A stretch of DNA of 64,000 bases from an uncultured Methanosarcinales archaeon (GTDB taxonomy: Archaea > Nanobdellota > Nanobdellia > Woesearchaeales > GW2011-AR4): positions 8,538 to 72,537 of the forward strand of contig CAYXZV010000003.1 in the NCBI GenBank assembly GCA_964469645.1, read 5' to 3'. Each line of letters opens with the position of its first letter. The stretch's first letter is position 1. The position numbers were made by a program, and so were the translations under genes. Positions 1-9,175 of the stretch are shown here, piece by piece. The notes beneath the pieces are model-generated. The model saw nothing but the letters and a program-made list of their open reading frames with translations, made no database searches and had not been told where the DNA came from.

Positions 1-488
1 GTATGTAATTTACTGTAATCCAAAAAAAGACAGAATGGTTGCTTATTTTTTATTTGTAACAAAATCTCTGAATGTCGTTTTACAAGATCGTCCTTAAACT
101 CATTATGAGATCTTACCTTATCAAATCCTTGAGTTGGGATTATACTCTCATAGATCAAATCACATTCCGTATGATATCCCTGTTCTTTGAAATACTGCGC
201 CAAAGTGAAGCACTTTTTTTTGTCAAAACTATAACTCTTGTAGTATCCATTGACCCCATTGTCATTTCCATTCATACCAGAAAATACTGCATGCAAAGAC
301 GCTATGGTATAAGGTGCATAAGTTATCAAATTAGGGAAAAACACGCTATCCTTTTTCAGTTCTTGGTAATAATCAACCTTAGATATAGCATCATACCTAG
401 CTCCGTCTATCATTATCATAATTATATTTGGTTTTTTCCCAGAAAATTTACTTGAAAGTTTTCCAAAGAATTTTGGTGCTTTAAACAT
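1..488 (-). CDS. Sulfatase-like alkaline-phosphatase-superfamily protein; 3' part runs off the window
   Basis: Not in the ORF track. Manual translation from ATG at 488 (overlapping the upstream gene's 3' end) gives MFKAPKFFGKLSSKFSGKKPNIIMIMIDGARYD...TYAPYTIASLHAVFSG...TLAQYFKEQGYHT...PFCLFLDYSKLH, open to position 1. PN-hhhhh-D start and F-x-F-h-x-Y-x-x-x-H motif are typical of the family. Confidence 0.85.
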   Translation of the reverse strand, partial: MFKAPKFFGKLSSKFSGKKPNIIMIMIDGARYDAISKVDYYQELKKDSVFFPNLITYAPYTIASLHAVFSGMNGNDNGVNGYYKSYSFDKKKCFTLAQYFKEQGYHTECDLIYESIIPTQGFDKVRSHNEFKDDLVKRHSEILLQIKNKQPFCLFLDYSKLH

Positions 489-1806
489 TTTTATTTTCCA
501 TATAACCGAGCTTTCTCAGCAATTTTTTTGATCTTTCTGTTAAATCTACATCCTCATCACCTTTTGAATGATTCATCCATTCAAATAATTTCCCCCTTAA
601 CTCTTTGGCCACTCCAAGCTCTTTGTTTATTAGGTTTACATTCTCCTTTGGGTCTTCTTTTAAATTATATAATTCATAGATGTCATTTTCTGGGTGGGGG
701 ATATAAATAAGCTTCCATTCGTTAGTTCTTATCATCCTCCACTTGCCTTTTATTCCAGGAAAAAATGTCCTGTTGTTTTGTTTAAACTCCATCTTCCCAT
801 TTTCTGCAAACAGGTATTTCCTATCATCTTCACCCTCATTTATTATAGGGACTAAGCTCTTTCCATCAACCTTTTCTATTAAAGGTATATCTAAAATGTC
901 TAAGATAGTAGGCATGATATCTATCGTCTGAACTTGAGTTTCTATTTTTTTTCCTTGTATCTTAGGGGCATGAATTATCAAAGGTATTCTTATTCCTTCT
1001 TCATATAAGCACAGACTATGCTGGAAAGAAAGGCCATGCTCTCCAAGACCCTCTCCATGATCTGCAGTTATAATAATCGAAGTTTTATCCTTTAATTTTA
1101 GTTCTTCGATGTATTTGATTATATAACTCACTTGCATATCTATAAACTTTATTAAGCCGTCATACTGGGCTATTGCGTTATGAACTTTCTCTTTCGGAAG
1201 ATTAATGTTAAAAACTATATCCCCCTTCTTGTCGCTCCAATCATCAAATACGCTTTCTCCTTTATAGCCGGGATTAAACATCTCATCAAAAGGTTTTGGT
1301 GGTTCATAAGGAGTATGCAAGTCGGCATAGTGCAGATATAGGAAGAATTTTTTATGCTTATTTTTTTTAATTTGGCTTTTTGCAAAATCAGTTAATTCTT
1401 CTGCCCTGGTTACTTCTTTCTTGTGAATTAATCTTTTTATTTTATTTTTTATTCTCCATTGCAATGAAGAAAACTCATCAAAACCTTTTTCAATTCCGCT
1501 ATCCATAGAATCTATATCGTAACCTATCGTCCTATAACCATGTGCTTGCAAAATTTCTGCTAAAGTTGTAATTTTTGGATTTAGTTTATGCCTAAGAATA
1601 AACCTAAGCCCATGTGAATGGGGGTATAAACCAGTCATCATTGAAGCTACGGAAGGTGTTGAACTAGGTATTGCAGTAATAGAATTAGTAAAAAAAGCAC
1701 TTTCATTTGCAATTCTATCAATATTTGGACTGGTATCCCTATTATAACCACTTTTTCCTAAATGGTCAAAACGTAATGCATCTACTACAATAAAGATAAC
1801 GTTCAT
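481..1806 (-). CDS. Sulfatase-like alkaline-phosphatase-superfamily protein
   Basis: NVIFIVVDALRFD, PSSTPSVASMMTGLYPHSHG, FFLYLHYADLHTPY, ITADHGE, ELYNLKEDPKE, C-terminal LRKLGY. Confidence 0.9.
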   Translation of the reverse strand: MNVIFIVVDALRFDHLGKSGYNRDTSPNIDRIANESAFFTNSITAIPSSTPSVASMMTGLYPHSHGLRFILRHKLNPKITTLAEILQAHGYRTIGYDIDSMDSGIEKGFDEFSSLQWRIKNKIKRLIHKKEVTRAEELTDFAKSQIKKNKHKKFFLYLHYADLHTPYEPPKPFDEMFNPGYKGESVFDDWSDKKGDIVFNINLPKEKVHNAIAQYDGLIKFIDMQVSYIIKYIEELKLKDKTSIIITADHGEGLGEHGLSFQHSLCLYEEGIRIPLIIHAPKIQGKKIETQVQTIDIMPTILDILDIPLIEKVDGKSLVPIINEGEDDRKYLFAENGKMEFKQNNRTFFPGIKGKWRMIRTNEWKLIYIPHPENDIYELYNLKEDPKENVNLINKELGVAKELRGKLFEWMNHSKGDEDVDLTERSKKLLRKLGYMENKNV

Positions 1807-1908
1807 TGTCGACTAATGGAACCATAATCAGTTTAAATACCTTTTTATGTTCATACTATATTCGATTTGAGAAAGGTTTAAATAAAAAAAGCCATTAAAA
1901 AATTCACT

Positions 1909-2778
1909 ATGACAGACAATAAAATCACCTATAAGGAGATTAAAGCAAAACAGGGAAAAAATTTGAAATCGATCTATTATAATATATACAGAAGGTTCTC
2001 CACACCCTTCACATATGTTTTTGTCAAACTAGGATTTTCTCCAAGTGCGGTATCTATATTAAATTTATTTCCTGCCTTAATTGGATACTTTTTTTTAGCT
2101 ACTGGAAATTATTTTTTGATGGGAATAGGGCTTTTATTTTTCATCCTATACAAAATATGGGATTGTTCAGATGGGGAAGTTGCAAGGATCCAGAATCCAA
2201 AAGCTATGGATCCAAAGCACAAAAAGGTAGAAGGGATGTATTTTGATGCAGTCGCACATTTCATAGAGCCAATTTTTTTTGGAGCTGGATTAGGTGTTGG
2301 GCTTTATAAGTTATACAACACCGAGATGTATATCACTTTTGGAATTTTTTTAGCGGTTATATTTACATTAGAGTATGCATTAAGAGAGTTGGTAAGATCT
2401 TACTTCAGGAAGGGCATTATAGAAAAAAAAATAAAATTGAAAAAAGAATTGAAATATATTCAAAAAGAATTGAATGGAAGAATGGTCAAAGGACATTCTT
2501 GGCAAGAACAAAATATCATCTTTAAAATATTCGGCTTTTATCCTCCTGGACTGATATACAGCAGGGAATATATTGATCCCATGCTGGTATTTGCTATTAT
2601 TATAGAATTTGTATCTGGCAAATTTATTAACATCCCATTCGATATATTTGGGCAGGCAATCGGCATATTATCAATATACCTTTTTGTTGTCGGTATTGTA
2701 AAACTAACAGGAATTATCAGCTTTATCACAAAAATGGTAAAGAATAAATACCTCACTAATTTTCTGAATGAATTATGA
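1909..2778 (+). CDS. CDP-alcohol phosphotransferase family membrane protein
   Basis: DCSDGEVAR...G-x3-D motif, several TM helices; the last motif Asp is replaced by His. Confidence 0.8.
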   Translation: MTDNKITYKEIKAKQGKNLKSIYYNIYRRFSTPFTYVFVKLGFSPSAVSILNLFPALIGYFFLATGNYFLMGIGLLFFILYKIWDCSDGEVARIQNPKAMDPKHKKVEGMYFDAVAHFIEPIFFGAGLGVGLYKLYNTEMYITFGIFLAVIFTLEYALRELVRSYFRKGIIEKKIKLKKELKYIQKELNGRMVKGHSWQEQNIIFKIFGFYPPGLIYSREYIDPMLVFAIIIEFVSGKFINIPFDIFGQAIGILSIYLFVVGIVKLTGIISFITKMVKNKYLTNFLNEL

Positions 2779-2812
2779 AGTTAGGACGATCTGCAAGATA
2801 AATTCAATAAAA

Positions 2813-3883
2813 ATGACATATTACCATGAAGCAGGACTGATAGACAGCACAGACGACATCCAGTTTAAAGTATATAGCAGCACACACCCTAAAGGATTTA
2901 TCATAGCAAAGCCTAAGTATGTTCCTGCAGATTTACTTTCTTTAACGGGACTGAAAAAAAGATTCTTATTCAGTAAATGTATGTTTCGGTTCAATTTATT
3001 CAACAAAAAAGAGGTAGTAGAAAAAAACCTGGATGCCATACGAAGCAAGTTCCCATATTATATCTATGAATGTAAAAAGCATCAAAACTGGTTTTTAGGC
3101 GTACCCGAGAAAAAGGTAAAGAAATTCTACGACACTAAGAAAGGCTTGCAAGAATTGCTTAAAGTTCCTGAGGAGGACCTAGATGATTACCTGAAAGCCG
3201 TGAGAAAATTGGTTGACATTCTTGTTGAAGCCGGAATTCCAACTGAAAATCTAGGAATAAGCCATTCAACTTTATTGGGAAACTACACTCCCGGAGAATC
3301 TGATATTGATATGCTAATTTTTGGGATGGATAATGGGTGGAAAGCAATCAAGCATCTGGAAAAATACAAAAATCCATCTCTAAAATGGAAATCAAAGGAA
3401 GACTGGGCTACATATTACCAAAAAAGAGTTGTATCTAAGGTGTACACAGAAGAGGAATATGTAGCAAACATGGTCAGGAAAAAAGATGACGGGTTCATTG
3501 ACGGCAATGTTTTCTCTTTGTTCTGTATTGAAAATAAGGATGAATCGTGGTATGATTGGGAAGCACAACATGAACCATTAGGAACAGTAAAGATAAATGC
3601 GAAGGTAAAGGATGCATATCATTCCATTGTAAGACCCGGATACTATGAACTTGAAGAAACAAAAATACTGGAAGGTCATGAAGATGTACCAATAAAGCGC
3701 ATTGTAACATGGGCAAGGCCTTTTAGCTTACAGGCAAAAGAAAATGAACGTATAGAAGCCTGCGGACTTCTGGAAAAAGTCAAGTCAAAAGAAGGTGAAT
3801 TTTATCAAGTGGTAATAGGATACTTTGATACTTACACAACTGACAGGGGTGAAAAAGAGTACTTAAAAGCTCTCATAAGCTAG
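2813..3883 (+). CDS. Predicted Pol-beta-like nucleotidyltransferase (COG1665-like), paralog A
   Basis: LGISHSTLLG...SDIDMLIFG motif and OB-like C-terminus (ERIEACGLLEKV). Start moved to ATG 2813 (MTYYHE) to match paralog B (MHYYE). Confidence 0.7.
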   Translation: MTYYHEAGLIDSTDDIQFKVYSSTHPKGFIIAKPKYVPADLLSLTGLKKRFLFSKCMFRFNLFNKKEVVEKNLDAIRSKFPYYIYECKKHQNWFLGVPEKKVKKFYDTKKGLQELLKVPEEDLDDYLKAVRKLVDILVEAGIPTENLGISHSTLLGNYTPGESDIDMLIFGMDNGWKAIKHLEKYKNPSLKWKSKEDWATYYQKRVVSKVYTEEEYVANMVRKKDDGFIDGNVFSLFCIENKDESWYDWEAQHEPLGTVKINAKVKDAYHSIVRPGYYELEETKILEGHEDVPIKRIVTWARPFSLQAKENERIEACGLLEKVKSKEGEFYQVVIGYFDTYTTDRGEKEYLKALIS

Positions 3884-3884
3884 A

Positions 3885-4973
3885 ATGCACTACTATGAAT
3901 CATCTATGATCACAACCAAGGATGGGCTCATTTGTCAAGTTTATGGTAATGAACATCCCAAAGGTAGGATTTTGGTTAAACCAAAATATATCCCTACAGA
4001 CAAAATATCTAGCGATGCACTGCCCTATAGGTTTATTTCCGGAAGGAAAATGAATAGGTTAGATCTTTGGATAGATAAAGATAAACTTAAGGAGTACCTA
4101 ACTGCTTTTACAAAGGAATATCCTGATTATGTTTTTAAGAGTGAAGTTCATGATAAAAGTCCACTTTTTTTCGCTGTTCCTGAAGAAGATATCGAAAAGG
4201 CATATTCTCCCAATAAAGGTTTAGCCGAACTTATGAGTATTCCAATCAAGGATTTAGATGACCACCTAAGAGCACTAGTAGAATTTGTATCATTTCTTCT
4301 CAAGAGCGGTATCAAACTGAAAGATTTAGGCATTACATATTCGACATTGATGGGTCATTATTCCCCAAATATGTCCGATATAAACATTGTAGTATATGGC
4401 AAAGAAAAATTCTGGGAATTGATGAAATTTCTGGAGAAAAATAAAGATAAGGATCTAAAATGGAAAACTTACGAAGAATGGGAAAACTTCTACAAAAAAA
4501 GGAACAGGCATATGATACATAAAAAAGAGATATATATAGAGAATATGTATAGGAAAAAATCTGAAGGCTTCTTTAAAGATACCTTGTTTGTCATATTTGC
4601 GGTGGAGAATGAAGATGAAACATGGTTTAAATGGGGGGAAGAAGGATACAAGCAAGTAGGAGTAGCCAAATTTGAGGGTTTGGTTACTGACAACAAAAAC
4701 TCCGTTGTCAGACCCGGTTGTTATGAAATTTCAGATACAAAATTTGTTGATGGAGACGAATCATGCAGGAATCTGCAAATAAGCAAGATCGTATTCTATT
4801 CCAGAGATTATTGCATGCTTGCTTATCCAGATGAAAAGATTGAAGCTAGTGGAGTTATTGAGGAAGTTACTCCAAAATCAGGTGAGAGATATTACCGGTT
4901 AGTTATTGGGTACTTTGATTCTTATTTGACTGAAAGACGAGATGAAGAATACATAAAAGTTATTGAGGACTAA
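3885..4973 (+). CDS. Predicted Pol-beta-like nucleotidyltransferase (COG1665-like), paralog B
   Basis: LGITYSTLMG...SDINIVVYG (DxD changed to DxN); colinear with paralog A (KPKY, LKWK, VRPG, VIGYFD). Confidence 0.7.
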   Translation: MHYYESSMITTKDGLICQVYGNEHPKGRILVKPKYIPTDKISSDALPYRFISGRKMNRLDLWIDKDKLKEYLTAFTKEYPDYVFKSEVHDKSPLFFAVPEEDIEKAYSPNKGLAELMSIPIKDLDDHLRALVEFVSFLLKSGIKLKDLGITYSTLMGHYSPNMSDINIVVYGKEKFWELMKFLEKNKDKDLKWKTYEEWENFYKKRNRHMIHKKEIYIENMYRKKSEGFFKDTLFVIFAVENEDETWFKWGEEGYKQVGVAKFEGLVTDNKNSVVRPGCYEISDTKFVDGDESCRNLQISKIVFYSRDYCMLAYPDEKIEASGVIEEVTPKSGERYYRLVIGYFDSYLTERRDEEYIKVIED

Positions 4974-4974
4974 G

Positions 4975-5580
4975 ATGGAAGAAACTGATAAATTATTTGG
5001 AGAAGATGTAAGTTTTAAGGATAATTGTAATCTATGTAATGAACAGAAGTATGAAGTCGGAGAAAAAACGGAGTATGGAGTAATAATCTATAAAATTGGC
5101 AGTCAAAAAAATGGCTGGTTTGCTACTTTATCTCCTAAAACCGGTGGAAACGCTAAAGATTTTACAATACAACTAATGCCATTTTCTCATCTAACTCATT
5201 TTTCTCAAATTGAGTCGCACAAAGGATTAGCAGAAAGTTATGGGATTGCATTCTCCAAGCTATCCATGGCTATGACAAGAATTATGATTGAAAATGAAGG
5301 GTTGAAATCTACTACTAAAGAAAAAAAGTTATCAGTGCCAATAGCAACTTATGGGAAATCAACGACGTGGAAAGAAAAAAAAGAGCATTTGCACATTAAG
5401 ATTTTCCCGTTTAGAGGAAACATTGGCCAACCATACACGGTTGACAGCTCCTTTGGAAGGAAAGAAATATTTAAGGATAAAACAGGGGAGTTTGTGAAGA
5501 TGAACCCTGTCAAAAAAGTAATGATTGGGGAAGAAAGGTTTGAAAAGCTGGTAAAAGACCTTATATCTCTGTTAAAATGA
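4975..5580 (+). CDS. HIT-like protein (N-terminal CxxC, HLHI motif)
   Basis: CNLC near the N-terminus, PFSH, EHLHIKIFPFR resembling HxHxH with the third His replaced by Lys. Confidence 0.5.
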   Translation: MEETDKLFGEDVSFKDNCNLCNEQKYEVGEKTEYGVIIYKIGSQKNGWFATLSPKTGGNAKDFTIQLMPFSHLTHFSQIESHKGLAESYGIAFSKLSMAMTRIMIENEGLKSTTKEKKLSVPIATYGKSTTWKEKKEHLHIKIFPFRGNIGQPYTVDSSFGRKEIFKDKTGEFVKMNPVKKVMIGEERFEKLVKDLISLLK

Positions 5581-6446
5581 TAGACTTGCAAAACCATACT
5601 GTGGCTTCTGATGGTGAACTAACTCCTGAAGAGCTTATCGACCTTGCTGTAGAAAAGAAATTAAGTGCAATTGCGATAACAGATCATGATTCTATAGCAT
5701 CTGTAGAAAAAGCAGTTGAATATTCTAAAGGCAAGGGTATAGAAGTGGTACCAGGAATAGAACTAAGCTGTGATGACCCTCTGTTTAGCTATGATAAGGT
5801 AGATGTTTTAGGTCTTTTTATAGATTTCAATAATCAGAAACTTATCGATTTGATAAAACACATAAACGACAAAAGGGAAGAGAATAAAAAATTAATAATT
5901 GAGAAGCTAAAAGGTCTTGGATATGAGGTAGAATATGAAGATGTCAAAAAAACTGTTGGTGGAACATTCGGAAGGCCGCATATTGCAAAATATCTTCTAA
6001 AGAAATATCCTGATAAATTCAGTTCTGTCAGGGATGTTTTTGATGAATTATTAGGAGTCGGGAAAAAGGCTTTTGTAGGCACTATAGGCAGAGTTTCAAT
6101 AAAAGATGGTATAAAAACAATACAAGAAGCAGGAGGGGTAGCTATTTTAGCACATCCTGGAGTCTATCCCAAGGAGGATTCTATCAAACTAATAGATTTT
6201 TTTGTGGAGAATGGTGGTGATGGAATGGAAACATATTACCCTTACCATATAATATGTCCTGAAAAGAATATTGATGAAAGTGGCAATCAAGATCTGATAA
6301 ATTTTTACAAAGGTATTGCAAAATCAAAGAAAATACTCGAGAGCGGCGGTAATGATCATCACGATAAGGGTAGAGCTACTATGGGCAAGGTAGCTGTACC
6401 AGAAAAGGTTTTGGAGAATCTAAAAAACAAAATACCGGTTTCTTAA
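5577..6446 (+). CDS. PHP-family phosphoesterase (TrpH/YciV-like; possible 3',5'-bisphosphonucleotide phosphatase)
   Basis: DLQNHTVASDG, AITDHD, PGIELS, GRPHIA, ILAHP, GGNDHH. Confidence 0.88.
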   Translation: MIDLQNHTVASDGELTPEELIDLAVEKKLSAIAITDHDSIASVEKAVEYSKGKGIEVVPGIELSCDDPLFSYDKVDVLGLFIDFNNQKLIDLIKHINDKREENKKLIIEKLKGLGYEVEYEDVKKTVGGTFGRPHIAKYLLKKYPDKFSSVRDVFDELLGVGKKAFVGTIGRVSIKDGIKTIQEAGGVAILAHPGVYPKEDSIKLIDFFVENGGDGMETYYPYHIICPEKNIDESGNQDLINFYKGIAKSKKILESGGNDHHDKGRATMGKVAVPEKVLENLKNKIPVS

Positions 6447-6447
6447 A

Positions 6448-6981
6448 ATGGCAAAACAAGGATGGACTTTATGGTTTACAGGTCTGCATGGTTCTGGGAA
6501 ATCGACAATAGCTGAAAAACTTGTCAACATACTGAAGGGAAAAAACATTCAGGTAATCCTTCTCGATGGTGACGAAATGAGGAAAACAATATCAGCAGAC
6601 TTAGGCTATTCTAAAGAAGAGAGGAACGAACATATGAAACGTGTAGCGAACCTTTGCAAAGAAAAATCCCAGGAAGGGGCATTTACAATAGCTTCTGTAG
6701 CTTCTCCAACAGAACAATCCAGGGAATACGCAAGAAAAGTTTTGGATAAAATTCTCATAGTATATGTAAAATGCCCTTTGGAAGTATGCCAAAAAAGGGA
6801 TGTCAAGGGTCATTATAAAAAAGCCAAAGAAAATGAAAAGGGTTTTGAGAACTTTATGAAAATTTCTTCGAATTTTGAAGAGCCAAAGAATCCAGATATA
6901 GTGCTTGAAACAGACAAGGAAAGTGTGGATGAATCAGTAGACAATCTATTGAGTAAATTAAAGGAAAAAGGCATAGTTTAA
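6448..6981 (+). CDS. cysC: Adenylyl-sulfate (APS) kinase
   Basis: WFTGLHGSGKST P-loop, LLDGDEMRK, DLGYSKEER, CPLEVCQKRDVKGHYKKA, FEEPKNPD. Confidence 0.88.
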   Translation: MAKQGWTLWFTGLHGSGKSTIAEKLVNILKGKNIQVILLDGDEMRKTISADLGYSKEERNEHMKRVANLCKEKSQEGAFTIASVASPTEQSREYARKVLDKILIVYVKCPLEVCQKRDVKGHYKKAKENEKGFENFMKISSNFEEPKNPDIVLETDKESVDESVDNLLSKLKEKGIV

Positions 6982-7019
6982 TGTCAAAAAACACAAGGAA
7001 TTTAGAATCAGCAAGGCAA

Positions 7020-9053
7020 TTATGTCTTAAATATTACTGCTCCTTGGCTCTGGAATATCGGCCTGAATAATCCTGATTCTGCAAGCTCCTGTAGTTTAGT
7101 ATTAGTTTCATCTGCACCGTATTTCTGTGCATACCTTCCATCTATTACCAGATATTCATAATCCCTAGATTTTAGAAAAGAATGAATTTCTTCTGCTGTT
7201 TGATTTGCTCCTGTTGTCTTAAATTCCTTTATATCGTCGCACCAAAAACATATGAATTTGTCCATCCCTATTGTAGGGCCATCTACAACAAAGCTGAAAA
7301 CCTTAGTATTTGCGGGTATATTATCTCTAATCCACAAATATGCTCCAATCTCTTCTCCAGATGTCCAGAATCCTCCTGGTGGCCATATTGCCGTGTTTAC
7401 TGCTATTTTCTGCTGTGTTGAAGTAAAGTATACTCCTGTCAGCAAGAGTATTAATACAACGAGTTTGCCTATATTTCCAACAGATTTTCTTGTCAAGTGC
7501 ATTAGCGAAAAAGCACCTTCTGTTGCTAAAATACAGACTGGTATAGCAAGCACCATCCAGGACCTAAAAGGAGACAATTTGAACTGGAAAGGAGCTGCAT
7601 TGACTGCATAAAAAAGAAAAATGAACCAAGCAACAGTGATGATGAGGTATCGATCCTTAAAATCTTTAGTTGTAAAATTAGCAACAACCAAAACAGATAA
7701 TACAATGATGCTGAAAATTGAAATGATGAGCAGGAAGAGCTGGTCAGAAACAAAAACACTAAACGGTATATCTTGCTTTTCGCCATCAACCCACACGGCC
7801 TTAGTGTATGTAGAAAAGAATAAAAAAACCATAGCAGAGGTTAAAATAAAGAAAGAAGTCAGAATAATAATTTTGTTTTTCTTTAAAGAATCTTTATATT
7901 TAAAAAGAATATAAACCAAAGCAATAACAAGAAGTATAGACAAAACAATTCCAATGCCTATGGGATTATTTATAGCATTCTGCTTTTGTGCAAAAAAGAA
8001 ATCACTAAAGGTATAAACTCTATCTCCAGTACCACCTACACTTAATGCAGCAGCTCCAGTTCCTACTTGGATACCCAAACCTTTCAGAGTTCCAGAAAGA
8101 CTGTATTTCATAATCATAGGGATCCACCAAAATGCAAAAGAAAGAATTAGCCCAAAAATACCTGCAAGGGCATGATTAACTAATATTTTCTTTTCTAAGA
8201 TCATCTTTATCAAAGCATATGATACAAAAAGCAATCCAAAGTAGGTGCTATGAGTAGGAGATGAAGTTAAAGCCGCAACCATCACCAAGCCGGTTAAAAT
8301 CCACCATTTTTTATCATGTTTTATCCTCTCAAAAGCGTAAAAGACAACAAAATAGAGCGGAACTGACAGAGATATCGCCCATATGAAATGTGACATAAAA
8401 GCAGGAATAGAGAATAGGGCAAAAGCTGCAAATAACGCCTTGTTTCTGCTTCCACTGAATTCCTTAACAAAGAAATAAAAGAATATTACGCTTAAGGAGA
8501 CGATCAGTGCATTGAAGAATTTAAGAGTCCAGTAAATAGAATCGTTAGTTTGGTGCAATATACCCATTACAACGGCATACGCCGGCGGATAGGGAGTCAT
8601 ATACCTTATAGGCCTGGCTATATCAGAAAATGCATTCTTTTCTACAGAATAAAATTTTGCAGTCTGAGAATGCCCCCAAGGATCATCATCCTCCAAATAA
8701 GGGTAATTAAATGCACCAGTTCCATAAACATAAAAGCTGGCTGCAAAAATAGCCAGCATGCCAAAAATGCTTATGTCTGTCTTGGTTAGCTTAAAGGAAA
8801 AATAAAATTTACTATAGTTCCTAAACAAATAGTATGTTGGGTATATCAAACTCAATGCCAGGATTATCCTCCAATCAGCAGGTATCTTCATTATATTGAG
8901 AACAAGGGCCAAAAATGGCAGCAAAGCGAGGCCAAAACCAAATCTCATTAAATTCCTTTCAAGAAAGTTCTCAGAATTTTTTACAAATGAGGAAATAGTG
9001 AACCCTAATCCATAGCAATATACAAAGAATAACAAGATAGTGACCATGCTCAT
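7020..9053 (-). CDS. Multi-TM GT-C-fold glycosyltransferase-like membrane protein
   Basis: Many TM segments, DDDPWGH and YPPAY in the first external loop, AglB-like C-terminal WIRDNIPANTKV segment. Confidence 0.6.
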   Translation of the reverse strand: MSMVTILLFFVYCYGLGFTISSFVKNSENFLERNLMRFGFGLALLPFLALVLNIMKIPADWRIILALSLIYPTYYLFRNYSKFYFSFKLTKTDISIFGMLAIFAASFYVYGTGAFNYPYLEDDDPWGHSQTAKFYSVEKNAFSDIARPIRYMTPYPPAYAVVMGILHQTNDSIYWTLKFFNALIVSLSVIFFYFFVKEFSGSRNKALFAAFALFSIPAFMSHFIWAISLSVPLYFVVFYAFERIKHDKKWWILTGLVMVAALTSSPTHSTYFGLLFVSYALIKMILEKKILVNHALAGIFGLILSFAFWWIPMIMKYSLSGTLKGLGIQVGTGAAALSVGGTGDRVYTFSDFFFAQKQNAINNPIGIGIVLSILLVIALVYILFKYKDSLKKNKIIILTSFFILTSAMVFLFFSTYTKAVWVDGEKQDIPFSVFVSDQLFLLIISIFSIIVLSVLVVANFTTKDFKDRYLIITVAWFIFLFYAVNAAPFQFKLSPFRSWMVLAIPVCILATEGAFSLMHLTRKSVGNIGKLVVLILLLTGVYFTSTQQKIAVNTAIWPPGGFWTSGEEIGAYLWIRDNIPANTKVFSFVVDGPTIGMDKFICFWCDDIKEFKTTGANQTAEEIHSFLKSRDYEYLVIDGRYAQKYGADETNTKLQELAESGLFRPIFQSQGAVIFKT

Positions 9054-9106
9054 GATCTAAGCTAAAAAACTTTATTTTAAAAAGGTTGTTGTTTTTAAAG
9101 TGAAAT

Positions 9107-9166
9107 AGTAAATTAGAAACATATTTAAATTGATATCTGTTAGTTTTACCTATACAAATTGTGGCA
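9107..9166 (+). repeat. Degenerate direct repeat copy A1: promoter plus decayed start of the GT2 gene at 16962
   Basis: ATTAGAAACATATTTAAAT (9112-9130) is identical to 16922-16940. Similarity continues through GTTAGTTT and ATA CAA ATT GTG GCA versus ATG GAA ATA GTA GTA. Confidence 0.7.
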
Positions 9167-9175
9167 TGATTTATA

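Noticed and set aside
72..455. 127-aa plus-strand ORF
   Set aside because: Antisense shadow of the sulfatase-like gene at 1-488 (minus), which has family motifs
2813..6446. CBASS-like or toxin-antitoxin defence system (NTases plus phosphoesterases)
   Set aside because: No recognisable effector, HEPN partner or CD-NTase features; coupling to cysC and a CDP-alcohol transferase favours metabolism, though defence is not formally excluded
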